From NCBI RefSeq assembly GCF_006345805.1, contig NC_043002.1, positions 30,380,001 through 30,444,000 on the forward strand: 64,000 nucleotides of DNA, written 5' to 3'. A model generated the notes under the pieces. It did not search any database. It was not told where the DNA came from and saw only the letters and a list, made by a program, of their open reading frames with translations. Origin of the DNA: Octopus sinensis (lineage: Eukaryota). Shown piece after piece: positions 26,415 through 38,888 of the stretch. Position numbers and translations under genes: made by a program. Positions within the stretch are counted from its first letter, which is position 1; each line of letters opens with the position of its first letter.

Positions 26415-26503
26415 GAAAGATGGTGCCATGCAAGAAACTGTTATATTTGTGCCAAAATATGAAACCAATATTCACAAATATGGCTACCAATAGCAAGAGA
26501 GGA

Positions 26504-26546
<43 letters not shown>

Positions 26547-26971
26547 AGAGAGAGTAATTGACTGCTTTTGGTACCAATATATCGTACTCAAAGTATAACC
26601 ATCTTTCCAGAAACATTATATTTCTCCTCTCCAACCTAGTTCCATATATCGAAACGATGATTTAATTATAAATCATTTGACATGCAAAGTTGTAGAGAAG
26701 AATAAATTTTGAATTAGAATAACTTGAGGAAATCACTAATCCCAACTGTAATCGATACGCCCATATATTCTGTGCAGTAAGACGAAAAAAAAAGCAAAAA
26801 AGCGTTAACAGATCGGTGGTGATAATGCAAGGTCCTCACCACCACCCAGTTGATTGTTTTGTATACTTTTTGATTAGTCATTTAAACTCAGACACACACA
26901 CCCACACATACACACACAGACACACACACAAACACACATGTACCCAGCCCAACATATATATATATGTGTAA

Positions 26972-27008
<37 letters not shown>

Positions 27009-27302
27009 ATATTTTTAAAAAAGGAGATGTGGAACACGAGTTGTGATATATAAAAAAAGGAAATGAAGAAAATGCTGACAAAATATTTTAAGTAAGGGAG
27101 AGTGTATTTAATTAGGTGAAAGTTCTTTTTACCGGTTGCGCATTTGTTATGCTTATCAAAAGATATTTTTTAAGAGAGATAGAGTTCCTTTCTGATAGAT
27201 TTTTTTTCTCTTATATATATATACCGGAGTAAACACATAAATGTGAAACAAGGTGGAAAAAAGAGTACTCAAATACCAGTGGTAGAGTAATATGCTTTAT
27301 CT

Positions 27303-27431
27303 AAAAGCATCAGAAACTTCAACAAAACCTGTTACTCTGAGTTTCACGTTCCCGTTCATCGGACAGTTTGTCCGACGAACGTGAACGTGAACCTCAGAGT
27401 AACAGGTTTTGTTGAATTTTCTGATGCTTTT
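27303..27431. repeat. 63-bp-arm hairpin (4 mismatches, 3-nt loop) made of two head-to-head hammerhead copies
   Basis: 27303-27365 is the reverse complement of 27369-27431. Confidence 0.92.
27328..27366 (-). ncRNA. Minimal type I hammerhead (U4C core variant)
   Basis: CTGT-CCGATGA-ACG-ggaa-CGT-GAAA-CTCAGAG-TA-ACAG; palindromic stem III ACTC-A-GAGT. The + strand mirror has GAAC in place of GAAA. Confidence 0.65.
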
Positions 27432-27444
27432 AAATGAAGTATAT

Positions 27445-27498
<54 letters not shown>

Positions 27499-27507
27499 AT
27501 ATATATA

Positions 27508-27546
<39 letters not shown>

Positions 27547-27562
27547 ATATATATATATATAT

Positions 27563-27608
<46 letters not shown>

Positions 27609-27617
27609 ATATATGTA

Positions 27618-27689
<72 letters not shown>

Positions 27690-29094
27690 CGAACAATGAT
27701 TCTACCTCTGTGAATAATGGTAATTTATGTAGAGTAAGCTATAATTTGGAAGAAATATAAGTTTTCTTCAAAATACATAAGTTCATTTGTATGCAACAAT
27801 GTTTCCTTCTTGCGTGTTATAACTTAAAAATATACCAAACATTTGTGTTCAGCATAAAAGATAAGAAAATATAACAGACAACAAATTGTGTAGGTCACAG
27901 GTTACCATTTATGGAATCCCTGGCAGTAAAAGGGTTTTACTAAAAGCATCAATTATTATTGATATTATTATCATTATTACTATTCATATTATCGCTGTTG
28001 TTGCTGATGATGTTGTTGTTGTTGTTATTGTTGTTGTTTCCATTGAATTCTTTATATATTACACATCAAGATGCTGACCTTCAATTCAGACTAAACTATT
28101 TCGTTATCATCTGTGATCTGAGTAAAATACGTAAATATTTGTAAGGAATATTCCGCGTTCTCCTTCTCTCTCACTAGCTCACACACCCCTCTCTCTCTTA
28201 CACCCCCCTCTCTCTCTTACACACACACAAGCGTCTGTATATGTTGAATGCGTGTATATATATATATATGTGATATATATGCATGTGTAAATATCCATAC
28301 GCACATATGCATATATATATATATACATATATATAAAAAACTTGAATGTATAGGTGTATGCTCTCTCTATATATATCTACAACATATGTAGGAAATTCTG
28401 TCTGTGGATTTGTTTGTAGTGTTGTTAGTTAACTCTTCCTACATCGTTTTATCGATTTCGATGAAACTTAACATGTGAGTAGAACTCATGTCTGGAAACC
28501 ACATGGCATACTCAGATAACGAAAAAAATTGATAATAGCGCCCTGGAAGGGATCTTTATATACATCAAACGTATTTTATTTGAAAAACCAAGGGAAATAA
28601 CCCATTCGCCCCTAGAAGGGATCCTTATATATAGTCAAGGGAAATAACACTTTCATTTTCCAAAATTATTTGTTACATATGAAATTGAGTATGCTTATAT
28701 CTTAGTATTTAAAATGTTAGAGTTATTTTCGCAATTTATCCAGTACGACCTTTAAACAAGTAAATAGTATTTTCCTAAACAATAGATGCACTTATTTCGG
28801 TTAGTGATGTATTCCCGAATATACAAGCACTAGCGCCCGTGATGGTAATATTCTCTGGGAACCAACAAAAACCCTTTTCAGAGTTATTAACTTCAAATTG
28901 TTATTAGCTCATATCTTATTACGTAACATGCATCACGATTTTAGTATACATACCTTATTAGTATTTCTTCCTATGTTCTATAAACTCTGAGAACGCATTT
29001 TTGGGGCTACTCTATGTGAATTCTTACTATCGGGTAACTAATTTCATGTTATTACATAACTGACTTCACCATTTTTGTATTCATAACTTATTAG

Positions 29095-29351
29095 GAAATT
29101 CTAAAAACAATTCACGGATGGTTATTCGACGATTCCCCTCAAAGCTGCCCCACTTCTGCGATGTTTTAACTCAGTTCTGCTGGGTGTAGGCCTCCCAGAA
29201 CGTTCGTCAATATCGACATTTTTGCGGCCTTTTTGGAAACGTATGTATCACTCGTATACTTGTGTGCCGCTCATACACTCCTCTGTATACACTTTCTGTA
29301 ATTTTGTGAAGGCTTCTGAGCAGGTGTCGACATAAAAACTTTCTCTGTCAT
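29095..29351 (-). mobile_element. mariner transposase N-terminal fossil
   Basis: MTEK...DTCSEAFTKLQKVYTEECMSGTQVYE*YIRFQKGRKNVDIDERSGRP...NRRITIREL: mariner HTH and SGRP motifs with stops and frameshifts. Confidence 0.8.
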
Positions 29352-29852
29352 TGCCAATGCGACAATTACACGCTACACACGTTCCTGCCAAGCACTGCTG
29401 TAAATAGCGGAAGTACGCTAGAACGTTAAAACTTCGTGCGCATGGACAACAGAGTTGACGGTTTTAATCTGCATGCTTTAGCTTTGTTACTATGGTAACA
29501 GTTCGGATATTTATTGATTAGACGTGGTAATTGATTATTAAAATTCGTTAAATAATACCTCCAGTACTCTTCATCCCGTATTGAGACAGAACATTCTACT
29601 TAGAGGCTTATACAATACAATTCTAGTTCCAAAGCAACAACTGTTGGTTATTATGCGATAGTCAAGTTCGTAAATAAAAGAAATGGTAGTTGACTGCTAT
29701 AGCTGCTTGAAAGAGGAACATCGTGCATATTATGCAACATATGTGTTTCGTAACTACCCTATATCTTTTTACAGCAGTTAGATGGGGCAATTCTATTGAA
29801 AATTAAATGTCGTAATATATAATGATAAAAACTGGGCTAGGAGAGAATTGTG

Positions 29853-30179
29853 GGGAGCACTCCGGCGGTTACGATGATGAGGGTCCCAGCTGATACGATC
29901 AACAGAACAGCTTGCTCGTGAAATTAACGTGCAAGTGACTGAGCAATCCACAGACACGTGTATACCTAGCGTAGTTCTCAGAGAGATTCAGCGTGACACA
30001 GAATGTGACAAGGCCGGCCCTTTAAAATACAGGTTCAAATCGTGTTTGTCAGCAGAGTGGACTGGAGCAATGTGAAATAAAATGTCTTCCGCAAGGACAC
30101 AACGCGTCGACGGAAATTGAACTCACGACCTTACAATCGTGAGCCGGATGCCCTAAACACTAAGCCTCGCGCCTTCACA
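29853..30179 (-). mobile_element. tRNA-derived SINE
   Basis: Reverse head gtgaaggcgcgaggcttagtgtttagggc...gtgagttcaattt...gtgtccttgcggaagaca...ttgctccagtccactc plus body. Confidence 0.8.
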
Positions 30180-30235
30180 GGAGTTAATTGTACATGCCTA
30201 CATATGTACATACACACTCACACACAAACATACAA

Positions 30236-30269
<34 letters not shown>

Positions 30270-30366
30270 CGGGAAGCTTTATGAAAATAGACAAAAGACG
30301 AAGGCAGGTGGAAAACAAACGAACAATTGTATTAGTATGGCGCTCAGGAAATATAAATAAAACAAG

Positions 30367-30404
30367 TCTTTAACGTTTCGAGCCTACGCTCTTCAACAGA
30401 AAGA
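30367..30404 (-). ncRNA. Minimal Penelope-type hammerhead (A6U variant, extra A before stem II)
   Basis: TCTTT-CTGTTGA-A-GAGC-gtag-GCTC-GAAA-CG-TT-AAAGA; stem I 5 bp, palindromic ACGT stem III. Confidence 0.7.
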
Positions 30405-30576
30405 TACACAGAGAGAAAAAAAACACAGAAAGAAGGAGAGAAAAAAATGCGTGCAGTAACTAACGAATCAACATGGCGATCTGATTTCGGCCAGAGGTCA
30501 AAGATCAAACATGAGACGCGAGAGCGAAATAAGGGGAGATAATAGGGTTGATAATATGGTTGAAGGACCAGCTAAT

Positions 30577-30929
30577 AGTGCGTAGGAGGGGTCTGGACGT
30601 GTGTATGTATAGGGTTGGTGTATGTATTAGTATGTATAAGGGTGTGTGTGTGTGTGTTGTGTGTGTGTGTGTGTGTGTGTATGAGAGAGTATTAGTGCGT
30701 AGGATTGGTGTGGACGTGCGTATGTATGGGGTTGGTGTATGTATTAGTATGTATTAGTATGTATTAGTACGTATTAGTATGTATAAGTGTGTGTGTGTGT
30801 GTGTATGAGAGAGTATAAGTGCGTATGAGGGGTCTGGACGTGTGTATGTATAGGGTTGGTGTATGTAATAGTATGTATTAGTATGTATTAGTACGTATTA
30901 GTATGTATTAGTTGGTGTATGTATTAGTA
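30577..30929. repeat. Three ~120-bp tandem units with inner (GTATTAGTAT)n in the PLE 3' region
   Basis: agtgcgtag/tgaggggtctggacgtg recurs at 30577, 30694, 30818. Confidence 0.8.
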
Positions 30930-31291
30930 TGGCACATCATATATGATGTGATGTGTGAAGTCGTGTGGTGTAGTGAGGAGAAGAGGGGGGGAGAAGGGGG
31001 GAGGGGGAAGAGAGGGGGAATAGGAGAGGATGGGGGAGAGAGAGGAGGGGGAGGAAGGAGGAAAGAGGGAGAGGGAGAGTGAGGGAGCAGAGGGAAGGGG
31101 AAGAGGGAAGGAGGGAGGGAGAAAGAGGGAAGAAGCGAAGGGGAGTAGGGGTGAAAGGATGAAGGACTGAAGAAGTAGGGGTCGGCGGGAAAGGATAGGT
31201 GAGGAGGGGGGGAGAGGGGGGTTAGATGAGGAGGGGGGGAGAGTTGAGACCAAATGGCGTATAAGAGCGAAGAGAGAAGATTAATTCCTGT

Positions 31292-31996
31292 TCACGGCGC
31301 AAACGGGAATCCGGATGGCCTCTGTGTAAGGACAAAACCGAACACAGATAGGTGTTGCAAGGAGGGACCGGTGGAGCGGAAATGGCGTGAGACCGGTGTG
31401 TCGTTCGCAAGGTGGATGTCACGAAGGTGTTCCGCGAACCGGTCAGCCAAGCGGCGTCCCGTTTGTCCGATGTACAAGGAATTGCAGAGAGAGCAAGAGA
31501 TGCAATAGATAATATTTCTGGAGGTGCAGGTGAAGGAGTGGATGATGGGATAGGGTCGATGGTGGGTGCTAGTGAGGCGGGTGGTGTTGGAGAGGTAAGG
31601 GCAAGTGCGGCAACGTGGGCGGGAGCAGGGGAAGGAGCCGGGTTGGGAGGTAGGGTCAGGGAAGGAGCTATGTACCAAAAGGTCTCGAAGGTTGTGGGCT
31701 CGTTTGAAAGAGGGGAGGGGTCGGTTAGGGAAGAGGTGTGAAGTGGACGGGTCGGACTGAGATGACGGAAAGCTCGAAGAATGGTGCGTTGGAGACGTAG
31801 GGTCGTGGGGGTGGTAAGTGAGGGGAAAAGGGAGGCGGGAGACTACAGGGCGGGTTCGGGGAGAGAGGAGAGCAGATACACGGTCCACGGACCGTGCTCT
31901 GGCAAGGCGGCTGGTGGATAGTGGTGAGGGGGTATCCACGTAGGGTGAAGTGGTGAACCATACGTTGAGACTGAGTCTCAAAGTCATGGTCGTCAC
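31292..31996 (-). pseudogene. PLE ORF C-terminal part with GIY-YIG endonuclease and CCxC-type Zn motif
   Basis: FPCSRPRCRTCPY...CTSRNIIYCISCSLCNSLYIGQTGRRLADRFAEHLRDI. Confidence 0.9.
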
Positions 31997-32139
31997 TACA
32001 GAGCCTACGTAGACGGAGGAATTGGGAATAGGGGATGGAAAGCTTGGTGTGTTCTGGGTGGGAGGGAAGAGAAGTTGAGTATGAGTGTGAGTCTGTGTGT
32101 TTGTAGTGAATGGAGGTGGTAAGAGTGGAGTGAAGAATG

Positions 32140-32890
32140 CTAACCGAAATGTCGAGGAAGAAGACAGACAGAGGTGTTGGAGATAGTGGAAGTGAAGTGG
32201 AGGGCTGGATGGAAAGATTGGACGAAAGACAGGAAGGAATCTAGATGTTCGCGGGAGAGTGAGGTGGCACCGATAATGTCGTCGATGTAACGACCATATA
32301 GTTCGGGAGTGGGACCAGTGAAATTAGAGAATATTTGGGCCTCAACATAGCCAACGAACAAGTTCGCATAGTTGGGCCCATTCGCGTTCCCATGGCCACT
32401 CCCGAGACCTGATGGTAGAACTCGCCCGCGAACGAGAAGCAGTTCAGAGTAAAGTTCGGCCAGACGAATGAGTGTGGAGGTGTCAGGTACAGGGTTAGAG
32501 CGGAGGTCAAGAAAGTGTCGAAAGGCCTGCAGTCCTTCGTGGTGAGGGATAACAGTATAGAGGCTTTGGATGTCCATAGTAAAAAGGATTGTGGAGGAGC
32601 CGGGAGGACGAGATGAGGTCGTGGACAGTAGAGGATACCGTCTGTTGGTAGCTACGTGTGGGGTTAGAGGGCAGAGGGGAATAGAAGGAGGTGTCATTGA
32701 GTTGGCGGAAAGCCTCGGCCCTATAGAGGTCCGCGCGCCACACCACTACAGCTCCACCCTTGTCAGCCGGTTTGATGATAATGTCAGCGCGCCGTTGGAG
32801 GGAACGGAGAGCCAAGAGCTCAGCCGGGGAGATGTTGAGGCGGCGTTGGCGCCTGGAGAAGTTGAACGCTCCAATGCACGCTGACAAGCG
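32140..32890 (-). pseudogene. PLE reverse-transcriptase domain (frameshifted)
   Basis: RT motifs split over ORFs 32507-33106, 32140-32697 and 32241-32510; YIDD at ~32278-32289. Confidence 0.9.
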
Positions 32891-32927
32891 CCCGCGAAGA
32901 GATAGATATACATATATAAATTTATAC

Positions 32928-32999
<72 letters not shown>

Positions 33000-33142
33000 A
33001 ATATATATATATACATATATATATATATGTAGTAAATCCCCCCACCCAAAAAAGGCGAAGAACAAACACAAGAAAAAATAACAACGTGAGTACGTGGTAT
33101 ATGCAATTTTTTAGCAGACGCTCAGGTGAGGAAAGAAAGGCA

Positions 33143-33178
33143 GTTTTACGTTTCGAGCAAAGCTGTTCGTCAGGAGAC
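33143..33178 (-). ncRNA. Degenerate minimal hammerhead in a pLTR-like segment (33030-33240)
   Basis: CTGACGA-acagc-ttt-gctc-GAAA-CG-TA; stems I and II each have mismatches. Confidence 0.5.
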
Positions 33179-33379
33179 GGAGGAAAGTCCAAGTGAAAAG
33201 GAAGACGGATGAAAAATATCGCCAATGATCTATATATGGTTACATATATGTGTGTGTGGGTGTGTACATATTTCTATATTCTTATATAGAAGTACATTTA
33301 TGCACACGCACACTTATGTATATACACATACATAAGTCTATACGTACATACAAACTTACATGCGTACATAGTGTTTACT

Positions 33380-34330
33380 CAGGGCCAACTAAGACAGTGG
33401 ATTTTACCCAACTCTCCCATGTTTGGTTACCTTTTGGTGTCTCCTGCCGATTGGCACGGCTTGAAAAATCTGTCTTGCAATTCTCTGCTGCGTCATTCTA
33501 AACACGTGACTGTATCTCTGATCGGGGAGAAGTAATGGTTCGACCTGATGAGATGTTTTATTTGCAAGCTGCGCATACCCTCGAATAACTTTACTCTAGA
33601 GACTCTTCGGAGAAAACTCTATATCGGTTAACCCTTTCTCAGGTGGAATGCTGAAGATTGCTGTGCCAGTGCCTGAAATTCTAGCTTCCAATTCAACCTC
33701 CTGTTTCCTATCAGTCGTGAATAAAGCACCTAATACTTACATTCTTCCACTTGTATCAATGATGTTCAGCTAACATGCAGAGCGCCTTGAAAAACTTTCT
33801 TAAGTGGTGCAATGTCTATCTTCCAATGCTGTTTTACAGCACACGGCAACGAACTTGTTCAGTTTTTACTTAAGATCACATTCAAATGAGCTGTACCATG
33901 TCATCTGTGGATATCAACCATTCGATCATAAACACCGCGACTGTGATATATAGCAATACAGTATATAAAAAATTATGAAGAGGAAAGGTGATAATACCTA
34001 TCCCATACGAAGTCGAACACCCACAAGATATCTTTCGTCGTACAACCATATACCATATCACAAAAATCTGAGCGCTCGTATAGGAACTTCCCGGAAAGCA
34101 GAAGTTGCCCTTTAATCTTAAACTCCTACTAAAATCCTCCTGATCAGGTGTTGTGGCACCCGAAGTCAACAAATCAAGCATACAGGGCTCGGCAGCAATG
34201 TTGCAATTTCTTAAAGACCAACTGTACAATAAATATCATGTCGGTTATGCTGCGTCTAGAACGGAAGCCAGATGATCTCGGGCTCGAGAATTATCCTACT
34301 TTTCTTTACCATACATTAAGCGTAGGAAAG
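33380..34330 (-). mobile_element. Decayed RTE-clade LINE ORF2 (RT to C-terminus)
   Basis: GFRSRRSITDMIFIVQ...FVDF, QVEECKY*V, QVEPLLL...HVFRMTQQRIARQIFQAVPIGRR resemble RTE ORF2. Confidence 0.75.
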
Positions 34331-34683
34331 ACTCACCAGGAATATTCCTTTATAAATGGAGCACTCTCTTACCTCCCTTTTTAAAATATAAGTGATTATT
34401 CATCGGGATTTTCATTGCTTTGTTGTCTTACTTGAGGTTCAAGCCAGCTAGCATACATTAGTCAACCGAAGGTGTTTCGAATCTCAAGCTGAATATCATT
34501 CTTCTCAACACTTTCATCGCCCATATAATTTCAGCGTCAACCAGATTATTCTATTTTGACCGTATGTAGGAGATCAGCAAATTATTCTCTCCCCCTCTCA
34601 AGAAAGTATGCGTGTGTGTATGTGTTTATATATATATATATATATATATATGTACATGTTTATATTTGTGTTGGTGTAAGCGT

Positions 34684-34728
<45 letters not shown>

Positions 34729-35354
34729 TATATGGCATAGGCATCCATGTACTATCTGTCTATGTCCTTGTATATGAGTAAGTGTGCGTCTTTGTGCGAC
34801 GGCGTATAGTCTGTGTATTTGTGCATGTATTCATATATTCCTGAAATCTCTTCAAATATTTTGAAGTATCCTGAAATATAAGAAAAAAAAAACGTAAAAC
34901 GTCATTAGGTGCATGACATATCCTGAACAATCATCTATTGAGCAAAACATAAAAATATCTGTAGTTTTACAAGCTACACAACATAACCACTACCATCACC
35001 ACCACTACTACTACTACTACTTGAAGTGCGACAATATCAACAAGAGAGGAAGCACACCTGTATCAAAGAATACATGTTAAAACCTATTCATCTGACAATG
35101 ACACAACGAATATATATGGGAGAATTTAGTAAATATACACATACAAAAACCACACACACGTGCACAGACACAGGCACTCACACGCACATATTGTCAATAC
35201 AATCCAATATGCAATACATGCACATATTGGCACACACATGCAATACAATGTTACCAACACTTGATTGGTTCTTAACCATAGCGCTTTACCATAAAGCTAG
35301 ACTTCTATTCATATATTCAGACAATGGAATGCAGCATTGTGATTATTACCATTA

Positions 35355-35355
<1 letters not shown>

Positions 35356-35413
<58 letters not shown>

Positions 35414-35520
35414 TTATATTATTAAGTATGTTATTATTATTACAGTCATTAGTTTTGCTATTATTATTATTGGTTTTACTTTTACCATTGTTGTTGTTAT
35501 CATCATCATCATCATCATCA

Positions 35521-35570
<50 letters not shown>

Positions 35571-35610
35571 GTTGTTGTTGTTGTTGCTGTTGTTGTTGTT
35601 GTTGTTGTTA
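35356..35610. repeat. (TAT/CAT/TGT)n compound trinucleotide repeat
   Basis: Direct inspection. Confidence 0.9.
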
Positions 35611-36089
35611 CTATAATCATTGCTGTTCCTTCCCTTAATGGACAAAGACGCAAGAAAGATGTATTATTTAACTGAATGGGGTATAGCAGGAGAAAGTGAG
35701 CGATGGTAATTACGAGTTAAAATTCAATACTCGTTACATTGTAATTATAAAACATCATACTAGAGCAGTTTATGCTGGATTATATTTGAGGAATATATTT
35801 ATTTATTTATTTATTCATTTATTTTTCTCTTTCCATTTCGTTTTTCGTTTTGTTTCATCATTTTTGTTTTTTTACAAGTATTTTCTGGCAACCATCAAAC
35901 GTGCGAAAGTTCCACGTAGATTTCGTGTTAAAATATAATACTTTAGATGTAATATCTTCGTAGGGAAACGGTAGTTTCAAACCCAACCTTCCCTTGCACT
36001 TTCGCTAACACCAAAAGACACACATTCACGTGCACGTTGGTCATATGTACCCACACGCATACTTACACGTATATGCCTGTTTGCACACG

Positions 36090-36123
<34 letters not shown>

Positions 36124-36490
36124 CATAAACAGACACATGTATGGATGCATGCATATTTATGTATATACGTGTACATTATATACAGCACACTAATACGAAA
36201 ATCACATACACATTGTAATTTGCATACGTAATTTACATATTAATTTGCATACACGTTCACAGAGTTCTATGCATGCACACACGCATGTGCATAAATGTTA
36301 ATTTATACATTGAAAACATACAGCAATTTACATACACACACGAACTTAAATTTCACAGAAAGGTATATGTGAATGTTTGTTATGTGGGTGTGTATATATA
36401 TATATATATTATATTATATATATATATATAATATATTATATATATATATATATATATAATATATATATATGGTGTGTGTATATATATAAT

Positions 36491-36524
<34 letters not shown>

Positions 36525-36541
36525 GAGACACTATATATATA

Positions 36542-36578
<37 letters not shown>

Positions 36579-36700
36579 CATGCGCCTTAGATCTTCTGAA
36601 AATTAAACGCATATATATGCGCAAACCATGCATTAGATATATAATATACGCATCCACGAATTAACATTTTCCCATATATGTATGTATAACATATATATGT

Positions 36701-36756
<56 letters not shown>

Positions 36757-36834
36757 TATATGGGAATATACATATGCATATGTGTGTGGTATGCATATAC
36801 GTCTGTGTATGTACGTGTATGTATTGTGCATATA

Positions 36835-36874
<40 letters not shown>

Positions 36875-37587
36875 TAAACACATTATATGCATATGCTATA
36901 TATTAAGGTACAAGCATGCATTACATTCGGTCGTATTCATATATTCAACACATGGTATTAGCAATTTTCACTCATAATAAATTCTTTACAAGCACAGAGA
37001 ACGGGATTGAGAAACATCAGGTGAATGTGAAGGAAATAAAATGAGAAGAAATAAACAAGAGTGAGAGAAAGAGTGCGAGAGAAAGAGAGGGATAGATAAA
37101 TTGATAGAGCGATACACAGATTCAGAGATAGATAAAGTGAGAGAGAGAGAGAGAGAGATAGGGAGAGAAAGGGAGAGAGAGCAAGAGGGAGGGAGATGGA
37201 GAGAGGGAGAAACAAAGAGAGAGAAATGATCTGTATGGCTAAACATATCTGCAGAGGTTAAAGGTACAGAACTTCCTAGGTGTATGTATATAATTGTGAT
37301 GAGTAAATATGAGCAAGGGTTCATTAACGGAGGAGAAGTTACTGAATATATATGTTTTGTGTGTGTGTGCTTGTATGTGCGAGTGTGAGTGTGTGTGTGT
37401 ATGTATGCGTACTTGTGTATGTGTGTGTTTGTGTGCACGAGCGCGTTATACATGGGCACACGCAGAACTGCAAGAATCCAAACTACAAGGTATCTAGTTA
37501 GTCTTAATATTTAAAGCAGATTCGAACCTGAACATGGTGACCGCTGATGTCACTCGCTATCGGAGAACATCTCCTTTAAAGTAATAC

Positions 37588-37727
37588 CTGTTGACAACAC
37601 GTGAGATTCGCCGGTGTAAGCGGACTTCGAGGCACTGCGATGTTTCGACCTCGCTTTGCATCTCTTCAGCCGAAGCTACCTCTGACCCATGAATCTCATT
37701 ATAGTACGAGCTCTTGTTTATTAGAAT
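37588..37727 (-). CDS. Candidate 140-nt exon of an unidentified host gene
   Basis: Acceptor aaatattttatttgcag|ATT, donor CAACAG|gtatta; one open frame ILINKSSYYNEIHGSEVASAEEMQSEVETSQCLEVRLHRRISRVVN. Confidence 0.3.
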
Positions 37728-37932
37728 CTGCAAATAAAATATTTGGGTTGTGTGTAAATGTCTACCGAAGAGATAATTATTCAATGGGTGCACACAGAAC
37801 GGCGAACATATTTATAAACCATTTTACTCCAATGGTATTGGTTATTTAAAGGCATTTATTTTGAACCCAGAAGTTGTACACATTATAATGTTTATTATTG
37901 AAAGAGACTCATTCTTAGTCAAATGTGACCCT

Positions 37933-38238
37933 GTGGAGGCACGTGGCCTAGTGGTAAGAGCAGCGGACTCGCGGTCGAGGGATCGTCGGTTCGAATCTCA
38001 GACCGGGCGATGTGTGTGTTTATGAGCAAAACACCTAAGCTCCACGCGGCTCCGGCAGAAGGTAATGGCAAACTTCTGCTGACTCTTTCGCCACAAATTT
38101 CTCTCACTCTTTCTTCCTGCATCTTGCAGCTCACCTGCGACGGACCGGCGTCCCGTCCAGGTGGGGAACTTATACGCCAAGGAAACCAGGAAACCGGCCC
38201 GTATGAGCCAGGCATGGCTCGAGAAGGAACAAACAAAA
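37933..38238 (+). mobile_element. Young-looking tRNA-derived SINE
   Basis: A box tggcctagtggtaagagc, B box ggttcgaatc; highly similar to the reverse copy at 56156-56457. Confidence 0.9.
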
Positions 38239-38361
38239 TGTCACCCTGGTGGACTTTGTCTTTTATTATTGCGGGGTTGATAAAACAAGAACCAATTAAA
38301 CACCAAGTTTGATGTAAATGACTAGCACATTACTTGTGCCAAAAATGTTGAATATGGAAAT

Positions 38362-38822
38362 AATTAGCACACAAAACACGTCATCCTGTTCTTAGCATCT
38401 TTGAAATATGTGGCTACTTTTTCATCAACCATTACTGTTATACTAGGAACGAAGAGCAAGTTGAGAGCTGTTTCATCTGCGTTGTAAATTTATTCTGGAC
38501 TAGGATTTTCAGCAGATGCAAATCTTCACAATCACAAGTTTTTTCACCACAGATTTATATATTTTAAACCATAGTTCTTAAATTTCTGCAACCAGCTTTC
38601 TGAATATTGACAAGTGCCTTAAATTCTTTATTCTTTTACTCTTTTACTTGTTTCAGTCATTTGACTGCTGCCATGCTGGAGCATCGCCTTTAGTCGAGCA
38701 AATCGACCCGAGGACTTATTCTTTGTAAGCCTAGTACTTATTCTATCGGTCTCTTTAGCCGAACCGCTAAGTTACGGGAACGTAAACACAACAACATCGG
38801 TTGTCAAACGATGTTGGGGGGA

Positions 38823-38888
<66 letters not shown>

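Larger units (their letters stand above)
30268..32895 (-). mobile_element. Penelope-like element (RT + GIY-YIG endonuclease), 5'-truncated, frameshifted, with 3' pLTR
   Basis: IIIKPADKGGAVVVW, MDIQSLYTVIPH, GVAMGTRMGP, RYIDDI and IIYC...YIGQTGRRLADRFAEH motifs in order, then CT-rich UTR and a hammerhead-bearing terminus. Confidence 0.95.

Noticed and set aside
28537-28650. Short direct repeats gccc(c)t(g/a)gaagggatc(t/c)ttata and aagggaaataac
   Set aside because: Too short and degenerate to assign to an element or function.
37625-37675. HHR-like CTTCGG-CTGAAGA...GAAA...CC-TCGAAG on the minus strand
   Set aside because: Lacks the invariant U16.1 and has a weak stem II; may be chance within an exon candidate.
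37939-38010. tRNA gene calls for A/B-box heads (also 23654, 56390-56457, 14099)
   Set aside because: No complete cloverleaf could be folded, and heads run into shared SINE bodies and tails.
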